Positions 1 to 10,792 of a stretch of 64,000 bases of DNA are shown here, piece after piece; position 1 is the first letter of the stretch, and each line of letters begins with the position of its first letter. This DNA comes from Escherichia coli O157:H7 (GTDB taxonomy: Bacteria; Pseudomonadota; Gammaproteobacteria; Enterobacterales; Enterobacteriaceae). The DNA lies in NCBI RefSeq assembly GCF_013167455.1, contig NZ_CP038328.1. The stretch is one strand, 5' to 3'. The position numbers were made by a program, and so were the translations under genes. Under the pieces are notes generated by a model. It saw only the letters and a list, made by a program, of their open reading frames with translations. It was not told the origin of the DNA and did no database searches.

Positions 1-312
1 ATTGCCGAAAACTATGACCAGGCGCTGACCATCAACGATGTGGCTGAGCACGTCAAACTTAACGCCAACTATGCAATGGGGATATTCCAGCGGGTCATGC
101 AATTGACGATGAAACAGTACATTACCGCGATGCGCATCAACCACGTTCGCGCGTTACTGAGCGATACCGATAAAAGTATTCTCGATATTGCCCTGACGGC
201 AGGCTTTCGTTCAAGTAGTCGTTTTTACAGCACGTTCGGCAAATATGTCGGCATGTCGCCGCAACAATACCGCAAACTTAGCCAACAGCGCCGCCAGACG
301 TTTCCCGGCTAA
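1..312 (+). CDS. melR: MelR, AraC-family melibiose operon activator; C-terminal fragment, 5' end lies outside the window
   Basis: Frame-1 ORF runs from the window edge to the stop at 310-312. Translation has the AraC-type HTH C-terminus. Position upstream of adiA agrees with recalled K-12 order. Confidence 0.8.
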   Translation: MAENYDQALTINDVAEHVKLNANYAMGIFQRVMQLTMKQYITAMRINHVRALLSDTDKSILDIALTAGFRSSSRFYSTFGKYVGMSPQQYRKLSQQRRQTFPG

Positions 313-510
313 AGACGATATCAGTATCAGCCAAAAAAATAGTTTAGCCGTCGATAATAAGCAGTGAAAATAATTTAAAATAATCACATAACATATTGTT
401 TATAAAAACAAATATTTCAAAAATGTTTGTTTTTCACGCGCTTTACAGCCCGAAAAGGCCGGAAGATACTTGCCCGCAACGAAGATTCCTTCATAACCGG
501 GTAAGCAATG

Positions 511-2778
511 ATGAAAGTATTAATTGTTGAAAGCGAGTTTCTCCATCAAGACACCTGGGTCGGTAACGCTGTTGAGCGTCTGGCAGATGCTTTAAGCCAG
601 CAAAATGTTACCGTGATTAAATCCACCTCCTTTGATGATGGTTTTGCCATTCTCTCTTCAAACGAAGCCATTGACTGCCTGATGTTCAGCTATCAAATGG
701 AACATCCGGACGAACATCAAAACGTCAGACAATTGATCGGTAAGCTTCATGAGCGCCAACAAAACGTGCCGGTCTTCCTGTTGGGCGATCGGGAAAAAGC
801 CCTCGCCGCAATGGACCGGGATCTGCTGGAGCTTGTCGATGAATTCGCCTGGATTCTGGAAGATACCGCCGACTTTATCGCCGGACGCGCCGTTGCCGCG
901 ATGACCCGCTACCGCCAGCAGCTGTTGCCGCCACTGTTCAGCGCGCTGATGAAATATAGCGACATCCATGAATATTCCTGGGCAGCGCCAGGCCACCAGG
1001 GCGGCGTTGGTTTTACCAAAACACCCGCCGGACGTTTCTACCATGACTACTACGGTGAAAATCTGTTCCGCACCGACATGGGCATCGAACGAACTTCCCT
1101 CGGTTCTTTGCTTGACCATACTGGCGCATTTGGCGAAAGCGAAAAATATGCCGCACGCGTATTTGGTGCCGATCGCTCCTGGTCGGTAGTCGTCGGTACT
1201 TCCGGCTCTAACCGCACCATCATGCAGGCTTGCATGACCGATAACGATGTCGTGGTCGTTGACCGTAACTGCCATAAATCCATCGAACAAGGTTTGATGC
1301 TGACAGGCGCGAAACCGGTCTACATGGTGCCAAGCCGCAACCGCTACGGCATTATCGGGCCAATCTATCCGCAGGAAATGCAACCTGAAACCTTGCAGAA
1401 GAAAATCAGTGAAAGCCCGCTGACTAAAGACAAAGCCGGGCAAAAACCGTCTTACTGCGTGGTGACCAACTGCACCTATGACGGCGTGTGTTATAACGCT
1501 AAAGAAGCGCAGGATCTGCTGGAAAAAACCTCCGATCGTCTGCACTTTGACGAAGCCTGGTACGGCTATGCACGTTTCAACCCGATCTATGCCGATCACT
1601 ATGCCATGCGCGGCGAACCTGGCGATCACAACGGTCCTACCGTTTTCGCCACCCACTCCACCCACAAACTGCTGAATGCGCTTTCACAGGCCTCTTATAT
1701 TCATGTACGTGAAGGTCGTGGGGCGATTAACTTCTCCCGCTTCAACCAGGCCTACATGATGCATGCCACCACCTCCCCGCTGTATGCCATCTGCGCATCC
1801 AACGACGTGGCGGTGTCGATGATGGACGGCAACAGCGGCCTGTCACTGACGCAGGAAGTGATCGACGAAGCGGTTGATTTCCGTCAGGCGATGGCGCGGC
1901 TGTATAAAGAGTTCGCCGCTGACGGTAGCTGGTTCTTCAAACCGTGGAACAAAGAAGTCGTCACCGACCCACAAACCGGCAAAACCTATGACTTTGCTGA
2001 CGCACCAACCAAACTGCTGACCACCGTTCAGGACTGCTGGGTAATGCATCCGGGCGAAAGCTGGCACGGCTTCAAAGATATTCCGGATAACTGGAGTATG
2101 CTCGACCCGATTAAAGTCAGCATCCTTGCTCCGGGAATGGGTGAAGATGGTGAACTGGAAGAAACCGGTGTTCCGGCGGCGCTGGTCACTGCCTGGCTTG
2201 GTCGCCACGGCATTGTGCCTACCCGCACCACTGACTTCCAAATTATGTTCCTGTTCTCTATGGGCGTAACCCGTGGGAAATGGGGGACTCTGGTTAACAC
2301 CCTTTGCTCCTTCAAACGCCACTATGACGCCAACACACCGCTGGCGCAGGTGATGCCGGAACTTGTTGAACAATATCCTGACACTTACGCGAACATGGGG
2401 ATTCACGATCTGGGTGACACCATGTTTGCCTGGCTGAAAGAAAACAACCCTGGCGCACGGTTGAACGAAGCCTATTCCGGCCTGCCGGTGGCGGAAATCA
2501 CCCCGCGTGAAGCGTACAACGCGATTGTCGACAACAATGTCGAACTGGTATCCATTGAAAATCTGCCAGGACGTATCGCGGCAAACTCAGTTATCCCGTA
2601 TCCGCCAGGAATCCCGATGCTGCTGTCTGGTGAAAACTTCGGCGATAAAAACAGTCCGCAAGTAAGTTATTTACGCTCGCTGCAATCCTGGGACCATCAT
2701 TTCCCTGGATTTGAACACGAAACTGAAGGGACTGAAATTATTGACGGTATTTACCACGTTATGTGTGTGAAAGCGTAA
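511..2778 (+). CDS. adiA: Biodegradative (acid-inducible) arginine decarboxylase, PLP-dependent
   Basis: 755-aa ORF starting MKVLIVESEF; length and sequence fit recalled AdiA. The second ATG at 511 is taken as the start. Confidence 0.93.
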   Translation: MKVLIVESEFLHQDTWVGNAVERLADALSQQNVTVIKSTSFDDGFAILSSNEAIDCLMFSYQMEHPDEHQNVRQLIGKLHERQQNVPVFLLGDREKALAAMDRDLLELVDEFAWILEDTADFIAGRAVAAMTRYRQQLLPPLFSALMKYSDIHEYSWAAPGHQGGVGFTKTPAGRFYHDYYGENLFRTDMGIERTSLGSLLDHTGAFGESEKYAARVFGADRSWSVVVGTSGSNRTIMQACMTDNDVVVVDRNCHKSIEQGLMLTGAKPVYMVPSRNRYGIIGPIYPQEMQPETLQKKISESPLTKDKAGQKPSYCVVTNCTYDGVCYNAKEAQDLLEKTSDRLHFDEAWYGYARFNPIYADHYAMRGEPGDHNGPTVFATHSTHKLLNALSQASYIHVREGRGAINFSRFNQAYMMHATTSPLYAICASNDVAVSMMDGNSGLSLTQEVIDEAVDFRQAMARLYKEFAADGSWFFKPWNKEVVTDPQTGKTYDFADAPTKLLTTVQDCWVMHPGESWHGFKDIPDNWSMLDPIKVSILAPGMGEDGELEETGVPAALVTAWLGRHGIVPTRTTDFQIMFLFSMGVTRGKWGTLVNTLCSFKRHYDANTPLAQVMPELVEQYPDTYANMGIHDLGDTMFAWLKENNPGARLNEAYSGLPVAEITPREAYNAIVDNNVELVSIENLPGRIAANSVIPYPPGIPMLLSGENFGDKNSPQVSYLRSLQSWDHHFPGFEHETEGTEIIDGIYHVMCVKA

Positions 2779-3101
2779 CCACTATTCCGCTGAAGGCGTA
2801 ATTGTTTAAATAACATTACGCCGCCTGGCCTTAGGCCTTTTGAGTATGGCAACGTTTTCATAAAAATTGCTGCAAACAAAAATGTCATACTTTTTGCGCG
2901 GCCCCACCCCGCGCTTTTTTTTGCCTGTTATTTACCCTGTAAAAAATATGTACATGAGAAATTTTTATAAAAATTTGTAATATTAGTAAAACTCGTTATT
3001 TTTATGCATGTTTATATTCATCATACAATTATATAACCATTTCCCGGTATCGCTTTGCTTTAGCGAGAACTGGTCTTTTATTCGCACTCAGGAGTACATG
3101 T

Positions 3102-3863
3102 ATGAGGATTTGCAGCGACCAACCTTGTATTGTTTTATTGACTGAAAAAGATGTCTGGATAAGGGTTAATGGGAAAGAACCTATTAGCCTTAAAGCTAAC
3201 CATATGGCGTTATTAAATTGTGAAAATAATATTATCGACGTCTCCTCTCTTAACAACACTTTGGTTGCTCATATTAGTCACGACATCATCAAAGATTACC
3301 TCCGGTTTCTGAATAAAGATCTCTCGCAAATACCAGTATGGCAACGTAGCGCTACGCCCATTCTCACCCTGCCATGCCTGACACCAGACGTCTTTCGCGT
3401 TGCCGCGCAACACAGCATGATGCCCGCAGAAACTGAGTCAGAAAAGGAACGAACACGCGCATTATTATTCACGGTGCTATCCCGTTTTCTCGACAGTAAA
3501 AAATTCCTTTCATTAATGATGTATATGTTACGTAATTGTGTAAGTGACAGCGTTTATCAAATTATTGAAAGCGATATTCACAAAGACTGGAATCTTAGTA
3601 TGGTAGCCAGTTGTTTATGTCTTAGCCCAAGTCTGTTAAAGAAAAAGCTGAAAAGCGAAAACACCAGTTATAGCCAAATAATCACCACCTGCCGCATGCG
3701 TTATGCCGTAAATGAATTAATGATGGACGGTAAAAATATCTCTCAGGTATCACAGTCCTGCGGCTACAACAGTACGTCGTACTTTATTTCTGTCTTTAAA
3801 GACTTCTACGGTATGACACCGCTGCATTATGTTAGTCAGCACAGAGAACGCACTGTCGCCTGA
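3102..3863 (+). CDS. adiY: AraC-family transcriptional regulator of the adi system
   Basis: 253-aa ORF with a C-terminal AraC HTH, located between adiA and adiC as in K-12. Preceded by an AT-rich promoter region. Confidence 0.88.
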   Translation: MRICSDQPCIVLLTEKDVWIRVNGKEPISLKANHMALLNCENNIIDVSSLNNTLVAHISHDIIKDYLRFLNKDLSQIPVWQRSATPILTLPCLTPDVFRVAAQHSMMPAETESEKERTRALLFTVLSRFLDSKKFLSLMMYMLRNCVSDSVYQIIESDIHKDWNLSMVASCLCLSPSLLKKKLKSENTSYSQIITTCRMRYAVNELMMDGKNISQVSQSCGYNSTSYFISVFKDFYGMTPLHYVSQHRERTVA

Positions 3864-3999
3864 TTTTTAACCTTAACGAAGAGCTATATTAATAACGGCA
3901 TCAGCGATAACCCGGTCGATAATAATTCAACTATCGAATGCAGGCGTATGATATGACGTAATTTATTGTCACGAAGCTCGCCTTCGCAGGAGTTTAATT

Positions 4000-5337
4000 A
4001 TGTCTTCGGATGCTGATGCTCACAAAGTGGGCTTAATCCCCGTCACCCTGATGGTGTCGGGGAATATTATGGGGTCAGGTGTTTTTCTGTTACCTGCAAA
4101 CCTGGCCTCCACCGGCGGGATTGCCATTTATGGATGGTTGGTGACGATTATCGGTGCGCTGGGGCTCTCGATGGTATACGCCAAAATGTCGTTCCTCGAC
4201 CCAAGTCCTGGTGGTTCTTACGCTTACGCCCGCCGCTGCTTTGGCCCGTTTCTCGGTTATCAAACCAACGTCCTCTACTGGCTGGCCTGCTGGATCGGCA
4301 ATATCGCCATGGTGGTCATTGGCGTAGGATATTTAAGTTACTTCTTCCCGATTCTGAAAGATCCATTGGTATTAACCATCACCTGCGTCGTGGTGCTGTG
4401 GATCTTCGTCCTGCTGAACATTGTCGGTCCGAAAATGATCACCCGTGTGCAGGCCGTTGCCACCGTGCTGGCGCTGATCCCCATCGTCGGGATTGCCGTA
4501 TTTGGCTGGTTCTGGTTTCGTGGTGAAACCTATATGGCGGCATGGAACGTCAGCGGCCTGGGCACCTTCGGTGCAATTCAAAGTACCCTTAACGTTACGC
4601 TGTGGTCGTTCATCGGTGTGGAAAGTGCCTCCGTTGCCGCAGGTGTGGTGAAAAACCCGAAACGCAACGTCCCTATAGCCACCATTGGTGGGGTATTGAT
4701 TGCCGCCGTTTGCTATGTGCTCTCCACCACCGCGATTATGGGGATGATCCCTAATGCCGCACTGCGCGTTTCTGCCTCGCCATTCGGTGATGCCGCACGG
4801 ATGGCGTTGGGTGACACCGCCGGGGCCATCGTTTCCTTCTGCGCAGCTGCGGGTTGCTTAGGTTCACTGGGCGGCTGGACATTGCTGGCGGGTCAAACGG
4901 CGAAAGCGGCTGCCGATGACGGACTGTTCCCACCGATTTTTGCCCGTGTAAATAAAGCGGGTACGCCAGTGGCGGGGCTGATTATCGTCGGTATTTTGAT
5001 GACCATCTTCCAGCTCAGCAGCATTTCACCAAACGCGACCAAAGAATTCGGTCTGGTTTCTTCCGTGTCGGTCATCTTTACACTGGTGCCATATCTTTAC
5101 ACCTGTGCGGCGTTACTGCTGCTCGGACACGGTCACTTTGGTAAAGCACGCCCGGCATATCTGGCGGTTACTACCATTGCCTTCCTCTACTGCATCTGGG
5201 CCGTGGTGGGGTCCGGGGCGAAAGAGGTTATGTGGTCATTTGTCACCCTGATGGTCATCACCGCCATGTATGCGCTGAATTACAACCGGCTGCATAAAAA
5301 CCCGTATCCCTTAGATGCACCAATAAGCAAAGATTAA
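4000..5337 (+). CDS. adiC: Arginine:agmatine antiporter (APC family)
   Basis: 445-aa polytopic membrane protein starting [19 protein letters not shown]; matches recalled AdiC. Confidence 0.93.
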
Positions 5338-5361
5338 TTCCCCTTAATCCAGCAAAGATAA

Positions 5362-5391
5362 AAGCCAACCTTAAGAACTTAAGGTTGGCTT
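5362..5391 (+). terminator. Perfect 14-bp inverted repeat (aagccaaccttaag / cttaaggttggctt) followed by a T-rich tract; probable adiC intrinsic terminator
   Basis: Inverted repeat read directly from the sequence 24 nt after the adiC stop, followed by aattttgctttg. Confidence 0.5.
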
Positions 5392-5394
5392 AAT
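5378..5394 (+). promoter_or_regulatory. PmrA (BasR) box CTTAAG-N5-CTTAAT upstream of eptA
   Basis: Direct-repeat hexamers with 5-bp spacing match the PmrA consensus YTTAAK-N5-YTTAAK. Lies 47 bp upstream of the eptA ATG. A third CTTAAG half-site sits at 5370-5375. Confidence 0.6.
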
Positions 5395-5440
5395 TTTGCT
5401 TTGCGAGCATATGCGCACTTTGTTCGATGGAAACACCGTG

Positions 5441-7084
5441 ATGTTGAAGCGCCTACTAAAAAGACCCTCTTTGAATTTACTCGCCTGGCTATTGTTGGCC
5501 GCTTTTTATATCTCTATCTGCCTGAATATTGCCTTTTTTAAACAGGTGTTGCAGGCGCTGCCGCTGGACTCGCTGCATAACGTACTGGTTTTCTTGTCGA
5601 TGCCGGTCGTAGCCTTCAGCGTGATTAATATTGTCCTGACACTAAGCTCTTTCTTATGGCTTAATCGACCGCTGGCCTGCCTGTTTATTCTGGTTGGCGC
5701 GGCTGCACAATATTTCATAATGACTTACGGCATCGTCATCGACCGCTCGATGATTGCCAATATTATTGATACCACTCCGGCAGAAAGCTATGCGCTGATG
5801 ACACCGCAAATGTTATTAACGCTGGGATTCAGCGGCGTGCTTGCTGCGCTGATTGCCTGCTGGATTAAAATCAAACCTGCCACCTCGCGTCTGCGCAGTG
5901 TTCTTTTCCGTGGAGCCAATATTCTGGTTTCTGTACTGCTGATTTTGCTGGTCGCCGCACTATTTTATAAAGACTACGCCTCGTTGTTCCGCAACAACAA
6001 AGAGCTGGTGAAGTCCTTAAGCCCCTCTAACAGCATTGTTGCCAGCTGGTCATGGTACTCCCATCAGCGACTGGCAAATCTGCCGCTGGTGCGAATTGGT
6101 GAAGACGCGCACCGCAACCCATTAATGCAGAACGAAAAACGTAAAAATTTGACCATCCTGATTGTCGGCGAAACCTCGCGGGCGGAGAACTTCTCCCTCA
6201 ACGGCTACCCGCGTGAAACTAACCCGCGGTTGGCGAAAGATAACGTGGTCTATTTCCCTAATACCGCATCTTGCGGCACGGCAACGGCAGTTTCAGTACC
6301 GTGCATGTTCTCGGATATGCCGCGAGAGCACTACAAAGAAGAGCTGGCACAGCACCAGGAAGGCGTGCTGGATATCATTCAGCGAGCGGGCATCAACGTG
6401 CTGTGGAATGACAACGATGGCGGCTGTAAAGGTGCCTGCGACCGCGTGCCTCACCAGAACGTCACCGCGCTGAATCTGCCTGATCAGTGCATCAACGGCG
6501 AATGCTATGACGAAGTGCTGTTCCACGGGCTGGAAGAGTACATCAATAACCTGCAGGGTGATGGCGTGATTGTCTTACACACCATCGGCAGCCACGGTCC
6601 GACCTATTACAACCGCTATCCGCCGCAGTTCAGGAAATTTACCCCAACCTGCGACACCAATGAGATCCAGACCTGTACCAAAGAGCAACTGGTGAACACT
6701 TACGACAACACGCTGGTTTACGTCGACTATATTGTTGATAAAGCGATTAATCTGCTGAAAGAACATCAGGATAAATTTACCACCAGCCTGGTTTATCTTT
6801 CTGACCACGGTGAATCGTTAGGTGAAAATGGCATCTATCTGCACGGTCTGCCTTATGCCATCGCCCCGGATAGCCAAAAACAGGTGCCGATGCTGCTGTG
6901 GCTGTCGGAGGATTATCAAAAACGGTATCAGGTTGACCAGAACTGCCTGCAAAAACAGGCGCAAACGCAACACTATTCACAAGACAATTTATTCTCCACG
7001 CTATTGGGATTAACTGGCGTTGAGACGAAGTATTACCAGGCTGCGGATGATATTCTGCAAACTTGCAGGAGAGTGAGTGAATGA
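5441..7084 (+). CDS. eptA: Lipid A phosphoethanolamine transferase
   Basis: Starts [14 protein letters not shown] with N-terminal transmembrane helices and a sulfatase-like domain. Stop overlaps the basR start (ATGA). The ORF-track start at 5396 is judged an upstream extension. Confidence 0.9.
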   Translation: MLKRLLKRPSLNLLAWLLLAAFYISICLNIAFFKQVLQALPLDSLHNVLVFLSMPVVAFSVINIVLTLSSFLWLNRPLACLFILVGAAAQYFIMTYGIVIDRSMIANIIDTTPAESYALMTPQMLLTLGFSGVLAALIACWIKIKPATSRLRSVLFRGANILVSVLLILLVAALFYKDYASLFRNNKELVKSLSPSNSIVASWSWYSHQRLANLPLVRIGEDAHRNPLMQNEKRKNLTILIVGETSRAENFSLNGYPRETNPRLAKDNVVYFPNTASCGTATAVSVPCMFSDMPREHYKEELAQHQEGVLDIIQRAGINVLWNDNDGGCKGACDRVPHQNVTALNLPDQCINGECYDEVLFHGLEEYINNLQGDGVIVLHTIGSHGPTYYNRYPPQFRKFTPTCDTNEIQTCTKEQLVNTYDNTLVYVDYIVDKAINLLKEHQDKFTTSLVYLSDHGESLGENGIYLHGLPYAIAPDSQKQVPMLLWLSEDYQKRYQVDQNCLQKQAQTQHYSQDNLFSTLLGLTGVETKYYQAADDILQTCRRVSE

Positions 7085-7749
7085 AAATTCTGATTGTTGA
7101 AGACGATACGCTGTTATTGCAGGGACTGATTCTGGCGGCGCAAACCGAAGGCTACGCGTGCGATGGCGTGACAACCGCGCGGATGGCGGAACAAAGCCTT
7201 GAGGCAGGTCATTACAGCCTGGTGGTACTGGATTTAGGGTTACCCGACGAAGATGGACTGCATTTTCTCGCCCGTATCCGGCAGAAAAAATATACCCTGC
7301 CGGTACTGATCCTCACCGCTCGCGATACGCTGACCGACAAAATCGCCGGGCTGGATGTCGGTGCCGACGACTATCTGGTGAAGCCTTTTGCGCTGGAAGA
7401 GTTACATGCCCGTATCCGCGCCCTGCTACGACGCCATAATAATCAGGGCGAAAGTGAGCTGATTGTTGGCAATCTGACGCTGAACATGGGTCGCCGTCAG
7501 GTATGGATGGGCGGTGAAGAGTTGATTCTGACGCCCAAAGAATATGCTCTGCTGTCACGGTTAATGCTCAAAGCAGGCAGTCCGGTGCATCGGGAAATTC
7601 TCTACAACGACATCTATAACTGGGACAATGAACCCTCGACCAACACCCTGGAAGTGCATATCCACAATCTGCGCGACAAAGTGGGCAAAGCCCGTATCCG
7701 CACCGTGCGCGGCTTTGGCTATATGCTTGTCGCGAATGAGGAAAACTAA
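7081..7749 (+). CDS. basR: Two-component response regulator BasR/PmrA (OmpR family)
   Basis: 222-aa ORF starting [16 protein letters not shown], with a receiver domain and winged HTH. Confidence 0.93.
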   Translation: MKILIVEDDTLLLQGLILAAQTEGYACDGVTTARMAEQSLEAGHYSLVVLDLGLPDEDGLHFLARIRQKKYTLPVLILTARDTLTDKIAGLDVGADDYLVKPFALEELHARIRALLRRHNNQGESELIVGNLTLNMGRRQVWMGGEELILTPKEYALLSRLMLKAGSPVHREILYNDIYNWDNEPSTNTLEVHIHNLRDKVGKARIRTVRGFGYMLVANEEN

Positions 7750-7758
7750 TTGAATCTG

Positions 7759-8850
7759 ATGCGTTTTCTGCGCCGACCAATATCGCTGCGCCAACGGCTG
7801 ATATTGACCATCGGGGCCATTTTGTTGGTGTTTGAGCTGATCAGCGTCTTCTGGCTATGGCATGAAAGTACCGAGCAGATTCAGCTGTTTGAGCAGGCGC
7901 TACGCGACAATCGCAACAACGATCGCCACATCATGCGTGAGATCCGCGAGGCGGTCGCCAGCCTGATTGTCCCCGGCGTCTTTATGGTCAGCCTGACGCT
8001 ATTTATCTGCTATCAGGCGGTACGCCGCATCACCCGCCCGCTGGCGGAGCTGCAAAAAGAGCTGGAAGCGCGCACCGCCGACAACTTAACGCCCATTGCC
8101 ATTCACAGCGCCACCCTCGAAATCGAAGCGGTGGTTTCGGCGTTGAACGATCTGGTCAGTCGCCTGACCAGCACGCTGGATAACGAAAGGTTATTTACCG
8201 CTGACGTCGCGCACGAACTGCGAACGCCACTGGCGGGGGTGCGTTTGCATCTGGAACTGCTGGCGAAAACGCATCACATTGATGTAGCACCGTTAGTGGC
8301 ACGGCTTGATCAGATGATGGAGAGCGTCTCCCAGCTGCTGCAACTGGCGCGTGCCGGACAGTCATTTTCTTCCGGTAATTATCAACATGTAAAACTGCTG
8401 GAAGATGTCATTCTCCCCTCGTATGACGAACTCAGTACCATGCTCGACCAGCGACAGCAAACCCTGCTATTGCCAGAGAGCGCCGCCGACATCACCGTTC
8501 AGGGTGATGCAACCCTGCTGCGGATGTTATTGCGAAACCTGGTAGAAAACGCCCATCGTTACAGCCCGCAAGGCAGCAACATTATGATTAAGCTGCAAGA
8601 AGATGGCGGAGCGGTCATGGCCGTTGAAGATGAAGGACCGGGTATTGATGAGAGTAAATGCGGGGAGTTGAGTAAAGCGTTTGTACGTATGGACAGCCGT
8701 TATGGCGGGATTGGTCTGGGGTTAAGTATTGTCAGCCGCATTACACAGTTGCATCACGGGCAGTTTTTCCTGCAAAACCGGCAAGAGACTTCCGGCACGC
8801 GGGCCTGGGTACGGCTGAAGAAAGATCAGAACGTGGCAAACCAGATATAA
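7759..8850 (+). CDS. basS: Sensor histidine kinase BasS/PmrB
   Basis: Two transmembrane segments, an H-box (ADVAHELRTPLAG) and an ATPase domain. Starting at the ATG at 7759 gives 363 aa; the track used TTG at 7750. Confidence 0.88.
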   Translation: MRFLRRPISLRQRLILTIGAILLVFELISVFWLWHESTEQIQLFEQALRDNRNNDRHIMREIREAVASLIVPGVFMVSLTLFICYQAVRRITRPLAELQKELEARTADNLTPIAIHSATLEIEAVVSALNDLVSRLTSTLDNERLFTADVAHELRTPLAGVRLHLELLAKTHHIDVAPLVARLDQMMESVSQLLQLARAGQSFSSGNYQHVKLLEDVILPSYDELSTMLDQRQQTLLLPESAADITVQGDATLLRMLLRNLVENAHRYSPQGSNIMIKLQEDGGAVMAVEDEGPGIDESKCGELSKAFVRMDSRYGGIGLGLSIVSRITQLHHGQFFLQNRQETSGTRAWVRLKKDQNVANQI

Positions 8851-8915
8851 AGAAAGCTGCTGACCACCAGCACGCTGAACACGGTAGTTAAACTTTCATA
8901 AACACGGTTTTTCAT
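8826..8915 (-). CDS. pmrR: Small (29-aa) membrane protein PmrR, antisense to and overlapping the 3' end of basS
   Basis: Minus-strand ORF absent from the 60-aa-minimum track. Hand translation begins MKNRVYESLTTVFSVLVV. A GGAGG Shine-Dalgarno precedes the ATG and a PmrA box lies upstream. Confidence 0.55.
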   Translation of the reverse strand: MKNRVYESLTTVFSVLVVSSFLYIWFATF

Positions 8916-8959
8916 TGCACTCTCCTCCGTTAACCTGGAGGAGAGTATGCGCGTCAGAG

Positions 8960-8976
8960 ATTAAGTGAACCTTAAG
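8960..8976 (-). promoter_or_regulatory. PmrA box (CTTAAG-N5-CTTAAT on the minus strand) upstream of pmrR
   Basis: Reverse complement of attaagtgaaccttaag; matches the PmrA consensus. Confidence 0.55.
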
Positions 8977-9026
8977 AGTTCAATTGGCCTGATAAGACAG
9001 CGTTACATCAGGCCATCCGTTTCAGC

Positions 9027-10529
9027 TTATTCATCAATTCGCGGATGTTGCTGCACCAGGCGGGTACGTTTCGCCTGCAAATCGGCAATCTCGTGGTCAA
9101 TATCATCGATTTTCTGCTCGATATTATCGTAATGCTCGACGAGAATTTCCTTCGCTTCCTGTATATCTGACGCCGCCGGTGTTGCACCTTTCAACGGACG
9201 ATTTGCCGTCTCTTTCATGGTTACGCCGGTGATTAAACCAACCACCGCCACTACCATCAGGTAATAGGCTGGCATCATCAGATTCTGCGAGCTTTCGACC
9301 AGCCAGGCCGCCAGTGTTGGCGTCAGACCGGCAACCAGCACCGAAATATTAAATGCCGCCGCCAGCGCGCTGTAACGGATATGCGTCGGGAACATCGCTG
9401 GCAAGGTAGAAGCCATAACGCCCGTAAAGCAGTTAAGGATCACCGCCAGCATCAGTAACCCGGCAAAAATCAGGCCGATGACGTTACTGTTAATCAGAAT
9501 AAACGCCGGGATCGCCAACACAAACAGTGCAACACTACCAAGTAGCACAAACGGACGACGGCCAAAACGGTCACTCAGCAAGCCCATCACCGGCTGGACA
9601 AACAGCATACCGATCATAATGGCGATAATAATCAGCACCCCGTGGTCTTCGGAGTAATGCAGGTTATGCGACAAATAACTCGGCATATAGGTCAGCAACA
9701 TGTAGTAAGTCACGTTGGTGGCAATTACCAGACCAATACATGTCAACAGGCTGCGCCAGTATTTAGTGGCAATCTCTTTAAACGAGACTTTCGGGCCATC
9801 CTGCAAACCTTCGCGGTCGCCCTGTTCCAGTTTATCAACATGCTGCTGGAACGCCGGAGTTTCTTCCAGCGCATGGCGCAGGTAAAGCCCGATAATCCCT
9901 AACGGCAGAGCAATAAAGAACGGAATACGCCAGCCCCAGTCGAGGAAGTTCGCTTCGCCGACAATGGTCGAAATTAACACCACCACGCCCGCACCCAGCA
10001 CAAACCCGGCAATAGAACCGAAGTCCAGCCAGCTGCCCATAAAGCCACGTTTACGGTCAGGGGAGTATTCCGCAACAAATATCGACGCCCCGGTATATTC
10101 ACCGCCGACCGAGAAACCTTGTGCCATCTTACAGATCAACAGCAGAATCGGTGCCCAAATACCAATCGTGTCGTAGGACGGTATTAAGCCAATACAGAAC
10201 GTACTGATCGACATAATCACAATAGTGATAGCGAGGATCTTCTGGCGACCATATTTATCGCCCAACATACCAAAGAAGAGTCCGCCAAGCGGTCGAATCA
10301 GAAAGGGAACGGAGAAAGTGGCAAGTGCAGCAACCATCTGCACGCTGGGGTCAGCCCCCGGGAAAAAAACTTTACCTAATGCGTAAGCAACAAAACCATA
10401 AACACCAAAATCAAACCATTCCATTGCATTACCCAGTGATGCTGCGGTAATGGCTTTACGCAGTTTACCGTCATCAATAATGGTGACATCACGAAGGGTA
10501 ATCGGTTTTACTTTTTTCCTTTTCAGCAT
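9027..10529 (-). CDS. proP: Proline/glycine-betaine:H+ symporter (MFS osmosensor) with C-terminal coiled coil
   Basis: Starts MLKRKKVKPITLRD; 500 aa with 12 transmembrane segments and a C-terminal heptad region (IADLQAKRTRLVQQ). The track start at 10562 is an upstream extension. Confidence 0.93.
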   Translation of the reverse strand: MLKRKKVKPITLRDVTIIDDGKLRKAITAASLGNAMEWFDFGVYGFVAYALGKVFFPGADPSVQMVAALATFSVPFLIRPLGGLFFGMLGDKYGRQKILAITIVIMSISTFCIGLIPSYDTIGIWAPILLLICKMAQGFSVGGEYTGASIFVAEYSPDRKRGFMGSWLDFGSIAGFVLGAGVVVLISTIVGEANFLDWGWRIPFFIALPLGIIGLYLRHALEETPAFQQHVDKLEQGDREGLQDGPKVSFKEIATKYWRSLLTCIGLVIATNVTYYMLLTYMPSYLSHNLHYSEDHGVLIIIAIMIGMLFVQPVMGLLSDRFGRRPFVLLGSVALFVLAIPAFILINSNVIGLIFAGLLMLAVILNCFTGVMASTLPAMFPTHIRYSALAAAFNISVLVAGLTPTLAAWLVESSQNLMMPAYYLMVVAVVGLITGVTMKETANRPLKGATPAASDIQEAKEILVEHYDNIEQKIDDIDHEIADLQAKRTRLVQQHPRIDE

Positions 10530-10792
10530 AGCTTTCCTCGCAGAGTTGGCCCATTTCCGCAAACGCCAGAAAAATCAGCGCGACGGCCGCAAAAGGGGAG
10601 CGGGAATTGCAGGATGCAATCTCTGTAACAAGCGTAGCGGGTTTGCTTACACCCTCCGGTTAAGGAATGTACAATCAAACCAGTTGACGCCTGAATTGGG
10701 CAGTTAATGACCTTTTTACCCTACCAGCGTTTAAATTTGTGATCAACTTCACACATGGATTTCGTTTAGGACTCATTGATGTAACTGATTAT

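Noticed and set aside
658..1665. 335-aa ORF on the minus strand inside adiA
   Set aside because: Entirely antisense to a well-supported conserved gene, with no recognisable motifs. Typical spurious antisense ORF in GC-rich coding sequence.
4134..4526. 130-aa Arg/Pro-rich ORF in an alternative frame inside adiC, and similar small internal ORFs throughout
   Set aside because: Out-of-frame overlaps with confidently called genes and compositionally atypical; no independent support.
8987..9014. Inverted repeat ggcctgat...atcaggcc downstream of proP as an intrinsic terminator
   Set aside because: A stem is present, but on the proP strand it is not followed by a U-rich tract, so the call was too weak to list as a feature.
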